A stretch of DNA of 64,000 bases. It comes from Candidatus Latescibacterota bacterium. GTDB taxonomy: Bacteria > Latescibacterota > UBA2968. The stretch covers positions 2,176,001 through 2,240,000 of the forward strand of contig OZ242010.1 of the NCBI GenBank assembly GCA_965204745.1, given 5' to 3'. Below the pieces are notes generated by a model, which ran no database searches, had not been told where the DNA came from, and saw nothing but the letters and a program-made list of their open reading frames with translations. Both the position numbers and the translations under genes were made by a program. Below, piece by piece: positions 46,045 to 57,400 of this stretch; position 1 is the first letter of the stretch, and each line of letters opens with the position of its first letter.

Positions 46045-49000
46045 TTAGTCCGCCGAGCCAAAGCTGTCGGCGAAGATCAGGAAATCGGAAAATCCAATCT
46101 CGCCATCGCCATTGAGATCGCACCGCGCATCATACCGCTCCTCGCCTCGGCGCGTCCCAAACTTGCCCGCAAAGGTCAAAAAGTCGGCGAAAGTCACCTG
46201 CCCATCGCCATCAAAATCGGCCGTGGGCAATAACACGCCAAGCGCGAACAGCAACGAGGTGAGATCCCCATCCGCGGCCAGCGCGCTCAAGATATGGGCC
46301 GTTTCTGCCACATCCATTGAGATCGCCGCCTTACTGGGAGGGGAGCAGTTCGGACGGAGGCTGCAGATGTAGGATTCAATGGCTTGAGAGGTCGTGCGCG
46401 TAGCATTTTGCTCGATGACGTTCCCTCGGATGAGGGCCTCGTTCCGAAAGAAGAGGACGTATCGAATGATCAGGATTATATCCGAGAACAGCCTCACATC
46501 GCCATCGCCATCCACATCGAGAATGTTCTGATTGACCAACGTGTCGAGGTAGGGTTGAATTTCTTGAGCGGTCGTGCGCGTGGCATCTGGCTCGATGACG
46601 TTGCCTCGGATGAGGGCCTCTCCCCGGAAGAAAAGGACGTATCGTTTGATCAGGATTATATCCGAGAACAGTTTCACCTCGCCATTGCCATCGATATCCA
46701 AGCTGGCAGGCATGCCGGTCACCTCCACTGGGTCGCTGTCGGTTGCATGGCGGCGCGTGGCGATCACTTGAACCGTGTAGGTCGTCCCTGCTTTTAGATC
46801 GGGGATTGTGTCGGTCGTGGTCGTCGGCGGGCGCTCACGGATCGCCGAGTAGGTGGTATCCGATCCTGACTTCCACCGCACTTTGTACCCATTCGCAGTG
46901 GTCACGGTATCCCAAGACACGATTATTGCGGCCACCCAAGGCTTTACCTGCACATTGGTTGGCTTGCCCGGCCTGGCGAGTGCGTTGCGTACCGCGAGGG
47001 TGAAGGTCAAGGTGTCGGTATCGCTTGCCGCTATGTTGGCATCCGTAGCGGTTGCTGTCAGCGTGTACGTGCGCGCAGGCGCCGCAGTGGTCGGCGTGCC
47101 AGCAATGACGCCCCCATTGCCCGAAGTGGCGGCTTTGTACGTCAGACTATCCGGCAGGGCAGGGGTCAAGGCGTAGGTCAGCGTGCCAGTGCCACCGGTG
47201 GCCCCAGGTAGCGTATCCGAGACCGCGGTGTTCACCGTATAGGTCGTGTCCCGCTTCGTCGCCGCAAAGGTCGGGGCGCTATATACTGAGATGGTAAAGG
47301 TCAAGGTGTCGGTATCGCTTGCCGCTGTGTTGGCATGGCATCCGCATCGGTTGCTGTCAGCGTGTACGTGCGCGCAGACGCCGCCGTGGTTGGCGTGCCA
47401 GAGATGACCCGCGTCATGTTGTTGAAGGTCAGGCCTGTCGGCAGTTTGGGAGTCAAGGCATAGGTCAGTTTGCCATTGCCGCTCGTGGCAAGAGCCGCGG
47501 GTAGGGTATCCAAGACCTCCACCTTCGCCGTATATGTGGTATCCCTCACCGTCGCCGTGTCAAAATTCGGTGCCTTGTCCGGCTGTGCGGCAAACTGTGC
47601 GGTGGTGTCGTGGCCGGCATATCTTAAGACCGGATATTGGTTGGACTCGCCGAAACTCCACGGATTATCTGGACTATTATTATGGGGGGTGGTGGACGTG
47701 CTATCTACGTTCACGTCCCAAGCAGAGTAGATGGCATTAGCGCCGTTACCCAAAGTGGAAGTATAAGAAGTAGGGGCCTGCAACTGCGCGGTGGTCTTGG
47801 CACCAGTGTGCGTTCCGCTGACTTCGGTGGTCACGCTGTCGTAGTAGCTATGCGTGATGTGCCCGCTACCAACCAAGCCCTGGCTACTACCGCTCACCTT
47901 GCCGATGGCATAACTCGTGATGATCGCGCTTAAGTTGTAGCCTACCAGCGCGCCAACACTGCTGGAGCCGGTGACGGAGGCGGTTGAGTAAGAGGCGATG
48001 ACACGCCCATTGTTGTCATTTTTACCGACCAAGCCGCCGACACTGGTCCTGCCAGAAACAGTACCAGTGACGTAGGAGTTGACGACGGTTCCTTTGTTGA
48101 TGCCCACCAACGCACCAACGTCATTAACGTCATTAACGTCATGATTGCCGGTGACTTTCGCGTTAATCAACCCGACGCCTTCAATACGTCCGCTATCGTT
48201 GATGGAATGAAACAGTCCGACGCCGGTGGTGGAGCTATTGATGAAGAGGTTGGAGATGGTGTGACCGTTGCCCTTGAAAATGGCAGTAAATTCTTGATCG
48301 TTCCGGCCGATGGGCACAAATCCGGTACTGTCCCTCGTGCCTATAGAAAAAAAGTCCGTGTTATCGGCCACGGTAATCAGGCCATCCCCGTTGGTGTCAA
48401 AGTCCAGGTCGTTCAGCAGTTCATAGCCAGTGCAGGAGGACGGACAGCCCATGGAAGATAGACCAGGGATCGGTCCTATATCGGGGAAGGCGAGGGCATA
48501 GGCGTTGACATCGGCAGTATGAACATCACCATCGCCATTCAAGTCGTAGCGGATGGCATTTAGTTGCGCCAAGTTCCTCACGTCAATCAGGCCATCGCCG
48601 TCCGCATCATAGTTTTTAGATCCCTTTCTCGTCACTGCAATGGTATAGGTAGTCGTGTCTCCGTTTGCTGCTGTCACTTTGACGGTGATTGGAGTTGTAC
48701 TTATAGTGTCATAAGTAGCTGGCTTGACGAGATTGACTTGATGGCCGGCCAGGCTACGACTATCTTCTGGTTTAATAGTGTACGTGGCTGTGCTATCATT
48801 CGTCGTCGGCTTCACGGTCAAAAAGGTCACCTTGGCCTCTACGGTGAAGCGAAAGGTGTCGCGGATGGTCAAGTGGTGAAAAGTAAAGTCTTCTATCTGT
48901 ATATTTTTCAAGTTCGCGTCATCAGATCCCGTTTGTCCGCCTACACCTCCTGTTTGTCCTCCCACACCGCTTGCCGCTTGCTCGACGCTGTAGAACGTCA

Positions 49001-49433
49001 GCCTGCTCAAAGTCGCGTCTGAAGACAGGGTGACCGAGAGGGTAAAAGTCAGCGCGGTTGTGGCATTGTTCGCATCGGTCACTGTCAGCGTGTACGTGCG
49101 CGCAGATGCCGCCGTGGTCGGCGTGCCAGCAATGACGCCCCCATTACCCGAAGTGGCGGCTTTGTACGTCAGCCCATCCGGCAGGGCAGGGGTCGTCGTC
49201 AAGGCGTAGGTCAGCGTGCCAGTGCCACCGGTGGCCCCAGGTAGCGTATCCGAGACCGTCGCTCTCACCGTATAGGTCGTGTCCCGCTTCGTCGCCGCGC
49301 CAAAGGTCGGCGTCGTCTGTGCGATGGCCGACTTGGGGGCGAGGATCAACAGCGGTGCGGTCAGGGTCAACAGTGCGATAATCGCCCTCCAGTTGCGGAG
49401 GACAGGGAAAAAATGGATCAAACGGTTCGGCAT
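46045..49433 (-). pseudogene. Frameshifted adhesin gene (putative Ig, cadherin-like, GLUG, FN3, dockerin-like); ORFs 47301-49433 and 46045-47304
   Basis: The 5-bp duplication TGGCA-TGGCA at 47331-47340 breaks a repeat that is intact at 47011-47050; removing it joins the two ORFs. Confidence 0.8.
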
Positions 49434-49545
49434 GTGCTTCTCCTTATTAGAAATCCTACACTACGGTTGCAATTTGTAACCAATATAATAGATATAATAG
49501 CCCATAAAAGAAAAATCGTAGCCAATTAGAAAAAAATGTAATGGA

Positions 49546-49628
49546 CCCGCAAAGGTCAAAAAGTCGGCGAAAGTCACCTGCCCATCGCCATCAAAATCGG
49601 GCGTGGGCACTAATACGCCAAGCGCGAA
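49546..49628 (-). pseudogene. Orphan fragment of the dockerin-like coding sequence
   Basis: Near-identical to 46166-46248; no start codon or context. Confidence 0.7.
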
Positions 49629-49650
49629 TCGACGCACAGACGAAAAACAA

Positions 49651-49683
49651 AAAGCCCGAGTTCCTTGCGAACCCGGGCTTTTT
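49651..49683. terminator. Terminator copy
   Basis: Same hairpin as 41320-41350. Confidence 0.75.
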
Positions 49684-49705
49684 GTTTGAACATCGTTTTT
49701 ACTCA

Positions 49706-50245
49706 TCAACCGCCAGTGCCGAATTGGTCGATGAGGATCTGGCCATCGGAAAATCCAATTTCGCCATCGCTGTCGAGATCGTACCGCGCATCGTACTCCG
49801 CATCGCCTCGGCGCATCCCATACTTGAAAATAAAGGCTATGAAGTCGGCAAAATTAACCTGACCATCGCCATTGAAGTCGGCGGTCGGTTGTTGCACTTC
49901 AAGGGTGAACGTCAGCGAGGTGAAATCGCCATCTGCATCAAACGCCGACAAGGTGTATTCGGTCTCGGTCATCACCTTGCTCGGCGTGCCGGAGATCGTG
50001 TGCGTGGCCGAGTCGAATCGCAATCCCTTCGGTAGGGTCGGCAGTAGGATATAGACCAGCGTGCCATCGCCGCCGGTGGCTTCGGGCAAGATCACGCGGA
50101 CGCTGTCCCCGATGATGTAGCGTTGCGCGGCAACCCGTGTCGAATCGCCAAAGGCCGGCAGTCGATCCGCCGTGACCGAGAGCATAAACTTCAACGGGGC
50201 CGCGACGCCGTCTTCATCTGTGGCGGTCAGGGAACAGGCTTTCAT
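49706..50245 (-). CDS. Putative Ig + dockerin-like module coupled to the upstream LRR protein
   Basis: Near-identical to the C-terminus of the 41376 protein; ATGA overlap. Confidence 0.7.
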   Translation of the reverse strand: MKACSLTATDEDGVAAPLKFMLSVTADRLPAFGDSTRVAAQRYIIGDSVRVILPEATGGDGTLVYILLPTLPKGLRFDSATHTISGTPSKVMTETEYTLSAFDADGDFTSLTFTLEVQQPTADFNGDGQVNFADFIAFIFKYGMRRGDAEYDARYDLDSDGEIGFSDGQILIDQFGTGG

Positions 50246-53200
50246 TGGAAGTGGGAGGCGGGATAGAGGCTTCGGATGTAGGATTCAATATCTTGCGGGG
50301 TCGTGCGCGTGGCATCTGAAGAGACAGCACGATTGATGAGGGCCTCTTCCCGGAAGAAGAGGACGTATCGAGTGATCAGGATGATATCCGAGAACAGTTC
50401 CACCTCGCCATTGCCATCCACATCGAGAATTTTCTGATCGACCAAAATGGCGATGTAGGATTCAATGTCTTGCGGGGTCGTGCGCGTGGCATCTAAAGAG
50501 ACAGCACGATTGATGAGGGCCTCTTCCCGGAAGAAGAGGACGTATCGAGTGATCAGGATGATATCCGAGAACAGTTCCACCCGGCCATTGCCATCCACAT
50601 CCAAGTTGGCACTCGGTGTGTCGTCATCGGTCAGGGTCACGGGCGAGGGAGGCGAGGTCGTTCTGGCACTGGGCGTCCCCGTCACGCCCACCGAGGGCGG
50701 GCCATCGTCGGCATTGGTTAGGGTGGCGATGACGCGCACAGTGTATTCCGTGCCTGCGGTCAGACCGGCGATTGTCGCACTCGTCTTACTGCCGTTGTCG
50801 ATGATTTGCTGACGGTCAGATGAGTACAACGCCTCCCCGGATTTCCACTGCACTTTGTAACCGGTCGCCCCGTTCACCGCATTCCACGACACGCCCAAAT
50901 AGCCCACGCCGGGCGTGACTTCCACACCCGTCACTTGCCCCGGTTCTGTCACCACTGTGACCGGTCCCGTCCCCTGCGCGGGCGTCACGGTGACCGATCC
51001 CGTCGTCAAGTCCTCGCTACCAGAATGGGCCGCGGCCTTCACGGTCACGCGCAAACTCTGATTCGCGTCAAAACCCAACCCGGTATAAGCGAGCGTCAGT
51101 TGGGCGACGGTGGCGGAGGTTCTGACAGGCGTACCGCTGATGCTCGCGCCCTGCGGTGCGGTGTGCAATGCGAAGTGGTTGGCGGCGAGGGTCTCGTTGT
51201 AGGTGGCACCGGTCAGGGTGATGTTGACTTTTGCCCCGTCGAGATTGGTTTCTGTCAGCGCGTCCGGAACCGTCGATGATATCGCTACCCCCTCTGCCGT
51301 GGCGGTGAAGGTCACGGACTTGTCAATGTTCGAGACGTCGATAGCTGCTACAACCGTGTCCACACCCGCAGCACCCAGCGTGTCGGCACCCGTAGCACCT
51401 AGCGTCAACCTTGTCGAGGCACGCCCGTTGGCATCGGTGGTATCGGTTGTGGTACTGAGCGACCCACCGCCCGCCGTGACCGAAAAAGCGACCGGCACCC
51501 CGGCAAAGGCGACGGCGTTCTGATCCCGCACTTCAACGATGAACGGATCGGACAGGCGAGAACTAGCAGTGCCGGTTTGGTCATCGCCCGAGATTTTTAC
51601 CAAACTGGTCAAGGTGCGGGTATCGTAGCGTACATCAACGCCTCGGCTCTGGAGAGCCGGGATATGGGTAGCGAGGGAAGGATAGTTCAAGGGATTACCC
51701 GTAAGCCACAGACCGGTCAGGCTGGTTAAGCCCGACAAGGCCGAGATATCAGAGATGTTGTTGCTTCTAAGAAACAGACCGGTCAGGCTGGTTAAGCCCG
51801 ACAAGGCCGAGATATCAGAGATGCGGTTGGTGTCAAGATACAGAAATGTCAGGCTGGTTAAGCCCGACAAGGCCGAGATATCAGAGATGTTGTTGCTTCC
51901 AAGATACAGACGGGTCAGGCTAGTTAAGCCCGACAAGGCCGAGATATCAGAGATGCGGTTGGTGGAAAGACCTAGATCGGTCAGGTAGGTTAAGCCCGAC
52001 AAGGCCGAGATATCAGAGATGCGGTTGGTGGAAAGACGCAGATCGGTCAGGCTGGTTAAGCCCGACAGGGCCGAGATATCAGAGATACGGTTGTCGGAAA
52101 GATCCAGAAATATCAGGCTGGTTAAGCCCGACAAGGCCGAGATATCAGAGATGCGGTTGTCGGAAAGATGCAACGCACTCAAGCTGGTTAAGCCGGATAG
52201 CGGCGAGACATCCGAGATGCTTAAGTTGCTGTTAAGATTCAGATCTCTCAGGTTGGTTAAGTTGGATAGCGGCGAGACATCCGAGATGTTGCTACCGGAA
52301 AGATCTAGAAATGTCAGGCTGGTTAAGCCCGACAAGGCCGAGATATCCGAGACGCTGTTGCTGTCAAGATTTAGCGTTGTCAGGCGGGTTGCATGCTCTA
52401 GCCCGGTCAAATCACTAATGTTCTGACTCACAGCAACAAGGCGGGTCAGGGTCGCCATCTCACTTGGGGTAATGATCGCACCGCTCGATTTTTTCAGTGC
52501 GCCCTCAATGGCAGCACGCAAGTTGGCGTCGGGGATGTTCACGCCGCGCACAACGGTCACTGTGTAGGTTTTCGTCGTGGTCCCATCTTCTGCTGTGACC
52601 ACAATGGTAATGGTGTTTTCGCCCACACTGAGGGAAATGGCACTGCTCGCACTGCTGCTCGATACCGAAGTGTCGTTCACCGTGATCGTGGCGCCGTTGT
52701 AACTGCTCGTCGGCGTGACGGTCAGGCTGTCGATGCTGTCCGCCACGGTCGCCGTGTAGGAGAGAGAATCACGGGCGAAGGCCGGATCCAGCGTCCCTGC
52801 CGAGAGCGTCAGGCCGCTCAAATCCGCATCGCTTGAGGTCCTACCTGTTGCCGTGGCGGTGAAGGTCACGGACTTGTCAATGTCCGAGACGTCGATAGCC
52901 GCTACAACCGTGTCCACACCCGCAGCACCCAGCGTGTCGGCACCCGTAGCACCTAGCGTCAACCTCGTCGAGGCACGCCCGTTGGCATCGGTTGTATCGG
53001 TTGTGGTACTGAGCGACCCACCGCCCGCCGTGACCGAAAAGGCGACCAGCACCCCGGCAAAGGCGACGTCGTTCTGATCCCGCACTTCAACGATGAGCGG
53101 ATCGGACAGGCGAGAACCAGCAGTACCGGTTTGGTCATCGCCCGAAATTTTTACCAAACTGGTCAACGTGCGGGTATCGTAGCTTACACCAACGCCTCGG

Positions 53201-54339
53201 CTCCGAAGATCCGGGATGTGGGTAGTGAGAGAAGGATAGTTCAAGAGATTACCCGGAAGATACACCGTTTTCAGGGTGGTGTGCCCCTTAAGCGGCGAGA
53301 TATCCGAGATAAGGTTGTTGTTAAGATACACCGTTGTCAGGCTGAGCCCCTTAAGCGGCGAGATATCCGAGATGCGGTTGGCGTAAAGCCACAGCACTTC
53401 CAAGCTGGTTAAGCCCGACAGGGCCGAGATATCAGAGATGCGGTTGTTGTTAAGATATAGACGTTCCAGGCTGGTTAAGCCCGACAGTGCCGAGATATCA
53501 GAGACGCTGATGCGGCCAAGATTCAGCACTTTCAGACTGGTTAAGCTCGACAGGGCCGAGATATCAGAGATGCTGGTGGTGCCGAAAAGATTCAGCACTT
53601 TCAGGCTGGTTAAGCCCGACAGTGCCGAGATATCAGAGATGCGGTTGTTGTCGAGACTCAACCATCTCAAGCTAGTGAGCCCCTGAAGCGACGAGATATC
53701 CGAGATGTGGTTGGCGGAAAGAGACAGATATATCAGGCTGGTGAGATCCTGAAGCGACGAGATATCCGAGATGCGGTTGTCGGAAAGAGACAGCGTGTCC
53801 AAATTGGTTGCATACTCCAGCCCGGTCAAATCACTAATGTTCTGATTCCTAGCATCGAGATCAGTCAGGGTCGCCATCTCGCTTGGGGTAATGATCGCAC
53901 CGCTCGATTTTTTTAGAGCTCTCTCAATGGCAGCACGCAAGGTGGCGTCGGGGATGTTCACGCCGCGCACAACGATCACTGTGTAGGTTTTCGTCGTGGT
54001 GCTATCCTCTGCGGCAACCACTATGGTAATGGTGTTTTCGCCCACACTGAGGGAAATGGCACTGCTGGCACTGCCACTCGATACCGAAGTGCCGTTCACC
54101 GTGATCGTGGCGCCGTTGTGGTTGCTCGTCGGCGTGACGGTCAGGCTGTCGATGCTGTTCGCCACGGTCGCGGTGTAGGAGAGAGAGTCACGCACAAAGG
54201 CCGGATCCAGCGTCCCTGCCGAGAGCGTCAGGCCGCTCAAATCCGCATCGCTTGAAGCGGTATTCTGCGCGGCGGATTCGCCACAAACAACGAGCAGGGT
54301 GCAGAGCATAAGAACGGATCTAAAAGAGCGATAGATCAT
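50242..54339 (-). CDS. Internalin-like LRR surface protein with duplicated DxDGNG...LFSDIIL domain
   Basis: Same signal peptide and module set as its neighbours; ends in SLYPASHFQ, like the 13313 adhesin. Confidence 0.88.
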   Translation of the reverse strand: MIYRSFRSVLMLCTLLVVCGESAAQNTASSDADLSGLTLSAGTLDPAFVRDSLSYTATVANSIDSLTVTPTSNHNGATITVNGTSVSSGSASSAISLSVGENTITIVVAAEDSTTTKTYTVIVVRGVNIPDATLRAAIERALKKSSGAIITPSEMATLTDLDARNQNISDLTGLEYATNLDTLSLSDNRISDISSLQDLTSLIYLSLSANHISDISSLQGLTSLRWLSLDNNRISDISALSGLTSLKVLNLFGTTSISDISALSSLTSLKVLNLGRISVSDISALSGLTSLERLYLNNNRISDISALSGLTSLEVLWLYANRISDISPLKGLSLTTVYLNNNLISDISPLKGHTTLKTVYLPGNLLNYPSLTTHIPDLRSRGVGVSYDTRTLTSLVKISGDDQTGTAGSRLSDPLIVEVRDQNDVAFAGVLVAFSVTAGGGSLSTTTDTTDANGRASTRLTLGATGADTLGAAGVDTVVAAIDVSDIDKSVTFTATATGRTSSDADLSGLTLSAGTLDPAFARDSLSYTATVADSIDSLTVTPTSSYNGATITVNDTSVSSSSASSAISLSVGENTITIVVTAEDGTTTKTYTVTVVRGVNIPDANLRAAIEGALKKSSGAIITPSEMATLTRLVAVSQNISDLTGLEHATRLTTLNLDSNSVSDISALSGLTSLTFLDLSGSNISDVSPLSNLTNLRDLNLNSNLSISDVSPLSGLTSLSALHLSDNRISDISALSGLTSLIFLDLSDNRISDISALSGLTSLTDLRLSTNRISDISALSGLTYLTDLGLSTNRISDISALSGLTSLTRLYLGSNNISDISALSGLTSLTFLYLDTNRISDISALSGLTSLTGLFLRSNNISDISALSGLTSLTGLWLTGNPLNYPSLATHIPALQSRGVDVRYDTRTLTSLVKISGDDQTGTASSRLSDPFIVEVRDQNAVAFAGVPVAFSVTAGGGSLSTTTDTTDANGRASTRLTLGATGADTLGAAGVDTVVAAIDVSNIDKSVTFTATAEGVAISSTVPDALTETNLDGAKVNITLTGATYNETLAANHFALHTAPQGASISGTPVRTSATVAQLTLAYTGLGFDANQSLRVTVKAAAHSGSEDLTTGSVTVTPAQGTGPVTVVTEPGQVTGVEVTPGVGYLGVSWNAVNGATGYKVQWKSGEALYSSDRQQIIDNGSKTSATIAGLTAGTEYTVRVIATLTNADDGPPSVGVTGTPSARTTSPPSPVTLTDDDTPSANLDVDGNGRVELFSDIILITRYVLFFREEALINRAVSLDATRTTPQDIESYIAILVDQKILDVDGNGEVELFSDIILITRYVLFFREEALINRAVSSDATRTTPQDIESYIRSLYPASHFQ

Positions 54340-54389
54340 GATGAACTCCTGTCAAAAAGAGTGATACTGCTGGTGACGCCGTTGGGTAA

Positions 54390-54419
54390 AATATACGCGA
54401 TTTAGGATACGACAGTCAA
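54390..54419 (-). promoter_or_regulatory. Sigma70-type promoter (duplicated at 59264-59293)
   Basis: TTGACT-N18-TATATT on the minus strand. Confidence 0.6.
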
Positions 54420-54457
54420 TTTTTTTGGCATTTGATGCGAACATCGTTTTTCGTGCG

Positions 54458-57400
54458 TCAACCGCCAGTGCCGAAATTGCTGGCGAAGATCAGGAAATCG
54501 GAAAATCCAATTTCGCCATCGCTGTCGAGATCGTACCGCGCATCGTACTCCGCATCGCCTCGGCGCGTCCCAAACTTGCCGACAAAGGACAAGAAGTCGG
54601 CAAAATCAACCTGACCATCGCCATCGATGTCGGCGGTTGGTCGTTGCACTTCAAGGGTGAACGTCAGCGAAGCACTATCGCCATCTGCATCCAACGCCGA
54701 CAAAGTGTATTCGGTCTCGGTCAGCACCCTGCTCGGCATACCGGAAATCGTGCGCGTGGCCGAGTCGAACCGCAACCCGCTCGGTAGGAACGGCAGTAGG
54801 ATATAGACTAGCGTGCCATCGCCGCCGGTGGCTTCGGGCAGGGTCACGCGGATGCTGTCCCCGATGATGTAGCGTTGCGCGGCAACCCGTGTCGAAGTGC
54901 CAAAGGCAGGCAGTCGGTCCGCTATAACCGAGATCGTGAACGTCAATGTCGCTCCATCGCCATCTGTTGCCAGCGTGTATTCGGTTTCATCCATCACCTC
55001 GCGTGGCGTGCCAGCAATGACTCGCGTTGTCGCGTCAAAGGTCAACCCCGATGGCAGATCGGGCGTCAGGCTATAAGTCAGCGTTCCATAGCCGCCGGTT
55101 ACCTGCGGCAAAGTGATGCTGATGGTCGTCCCAGCCGTGAGCGTCAGGCCGATAAAATCCGCGGGCGTCCCCGTCACGCCCACCGAGGGCGGGCCATCGT
55201 CGGCATTGGTCAAGGTGGCTATGACGCGCACAGTGTATTCCGTGCCCGCGGTCAGACCGGGGATTGTCGAACTCGTCGTACCGCCGTTGCCGATGACTCG
55301 CTGACGGTCGGAGGCGTACACCGCATCCTCGGATTTCCACTGCACTTTGTAACCGGTCGCCCCGTTCACCGCATTCCAGGACACATCCAAATATCTCACG
55401 CCGGACATGACTTCCACACCCGTCACTTGAGCCAGTTCTGTCACCACCGTGCCCGGCCCCGTCACCTGCGCGGGCGTCACGGTGACCGATTCTGTCGTCA
55501 AGTCCCCGCTACCGGAATGGGCCGCGGCCTTCACGGTCACGCGCAAGCTCTGATTCGCGTCAAAACCCAACCCGGTATAAGCGAGCGTCAGTTGGGCGAC
55601 TGTGGCGGAGGTTCTGACGGGCGTACCGCTGATGCTCGCGCCCTGAGGTGCGGTGTGCAATGCGAAGTGGTCGGCGTCGAGAGTCTCGTTGTAGGTGGTG
55701 CCGGTCAAGGTGATGTTGACTTTTGCCCCGTCGAGATTTGCCGCTGTCAGCGCGTCCGGAACCGTCGATGATATCGCTGCCTCCTCTACCGTTGTCCCAC
55801 CGGTTGCCGTGGCAGTGAAATTCACGGACTTGTCAATGTCCGTGACGTCGATAGCCGCCACAACCGTGTCCACGCCCGCAGCACCTAACGTCAACCTCGT
55901 CGAGGCACGCCCGTCGGCGTCGGTTGCATCGGTTGTGGTACTGAGTGCCCCACCGCCGCCTGTAACTGAAAAAGCGACCGGCACCCCGGCAAAGGCGACG
56001 TCGTTCTGATCCCGCACTTCAACGATGAACGGATCGGACAGGCGAGAACCAGCCGTGCCGGTTTGGTCATCGCCCGAGATTTTTACCAAACTGGTCAAGG
56101 TGCGGGCATCGTAACTCACATAAACGCTTCGGGACTCAAAGGCGGGGATATGCGTGGCGAGGGAAGGATAGGTCAAAAAATTACCACTAAGATACAACTC
56201 GGTCAGGCTAGTTAAGCCGGATAGCGACGAGATGTCCGAGACGTTGGTGTTGGAAAGACTCAACTCTCTCAGGCTGGTAAGCCCTTGAAGCGACGAAATA
56301 TCCGAGACGCCGGTGTAGGAAAGCCCCAGCGAGAACAGGCTGAGACCTTGAAGCGGCGAGATATCCGAGACGTTGGTGTTGGAAAGACTCAGTTCTCTCA
56401 GGCTGGAGAGACCCTTAAGCGGCGAGATATCCGAGACGTTGGTGTAGATAAGACGCAGAGATATCAGGCTATTAAGCCCTTGAAGTGCCGAGATATCCGA
56501 GACGCTGTTTTGGCTAAAAGACAGCGAGGTCAGGCTGGTTAAGCCCGACAGGGCCGAGATATCCGAGATGCGGTTGTCGGAAAGATGCAGAACTGTCAGG
56601 CTATTAAGCCCTTGAAGCGACGAAATATCCGAGATGCGGTTGCCCGCAAGATCCAGCGCGGTCAGACTAATTGCATGTTCCAACCCGGTCAAATCGCTAA
56701 TTTCCCTCAAACTAAAATAAAGGTCAGTCATGGTCGCCATCTCACTTGGGGTAATGATCGCACCGCTCGATTTTTTCAGTGCGCCCTCAATGGCAGCACG
56801 CAAGTTGGCGTCGGGGATGTTCACGCCGCGCTCAACGGTCACTGTGTAGGTTTTCGTCGTGGTCCCATCTTCTGCTGTGACCACAATGGCAATGGTGTTT
56901 TCGCCCACACTGAGGGAAATGGCACTGCTCGCACTGCCACTCGATACCGAAGTGCCGTTCACCGTGATCGTGGCGCCGTTGTGGTTGCTCGTCGGCGTGA
57001 CGGTCAGACTGGTTGTGCTGTTCGCCACGGTCGCGGTGTAGGCGAGAGAGTCGCGGGCGAAGGCCGGAGCCAGCGTCCCTGCCGAGAGCGTCAGGCCGCT
57101 CAAATCCGCATCGTCAGACGAGGTAGGCGAGGGCGGGGTGGGCGGCGGCGAGGGCGGCTGAGTCCTGGCAATGGGCGTCCCCGTCACGCCCACCGAGGGC
57201 GGGCCATCGTCGGCATTGGTCAAGGTGGCGATGACGCACACAGTGTATTCCGTGCCCGCGGTCAGACCGGGGATTGTCGCACTCGTCGTGCCACCGTTGC
57301 CGATGACTTGCTGACGGTCGGAGGCGTACAACGCCTCCCCGGATTTCCACTGCACTTTGTAACCGGTCGCCCCATTCACCGCATTCCAGGACACATCCAA

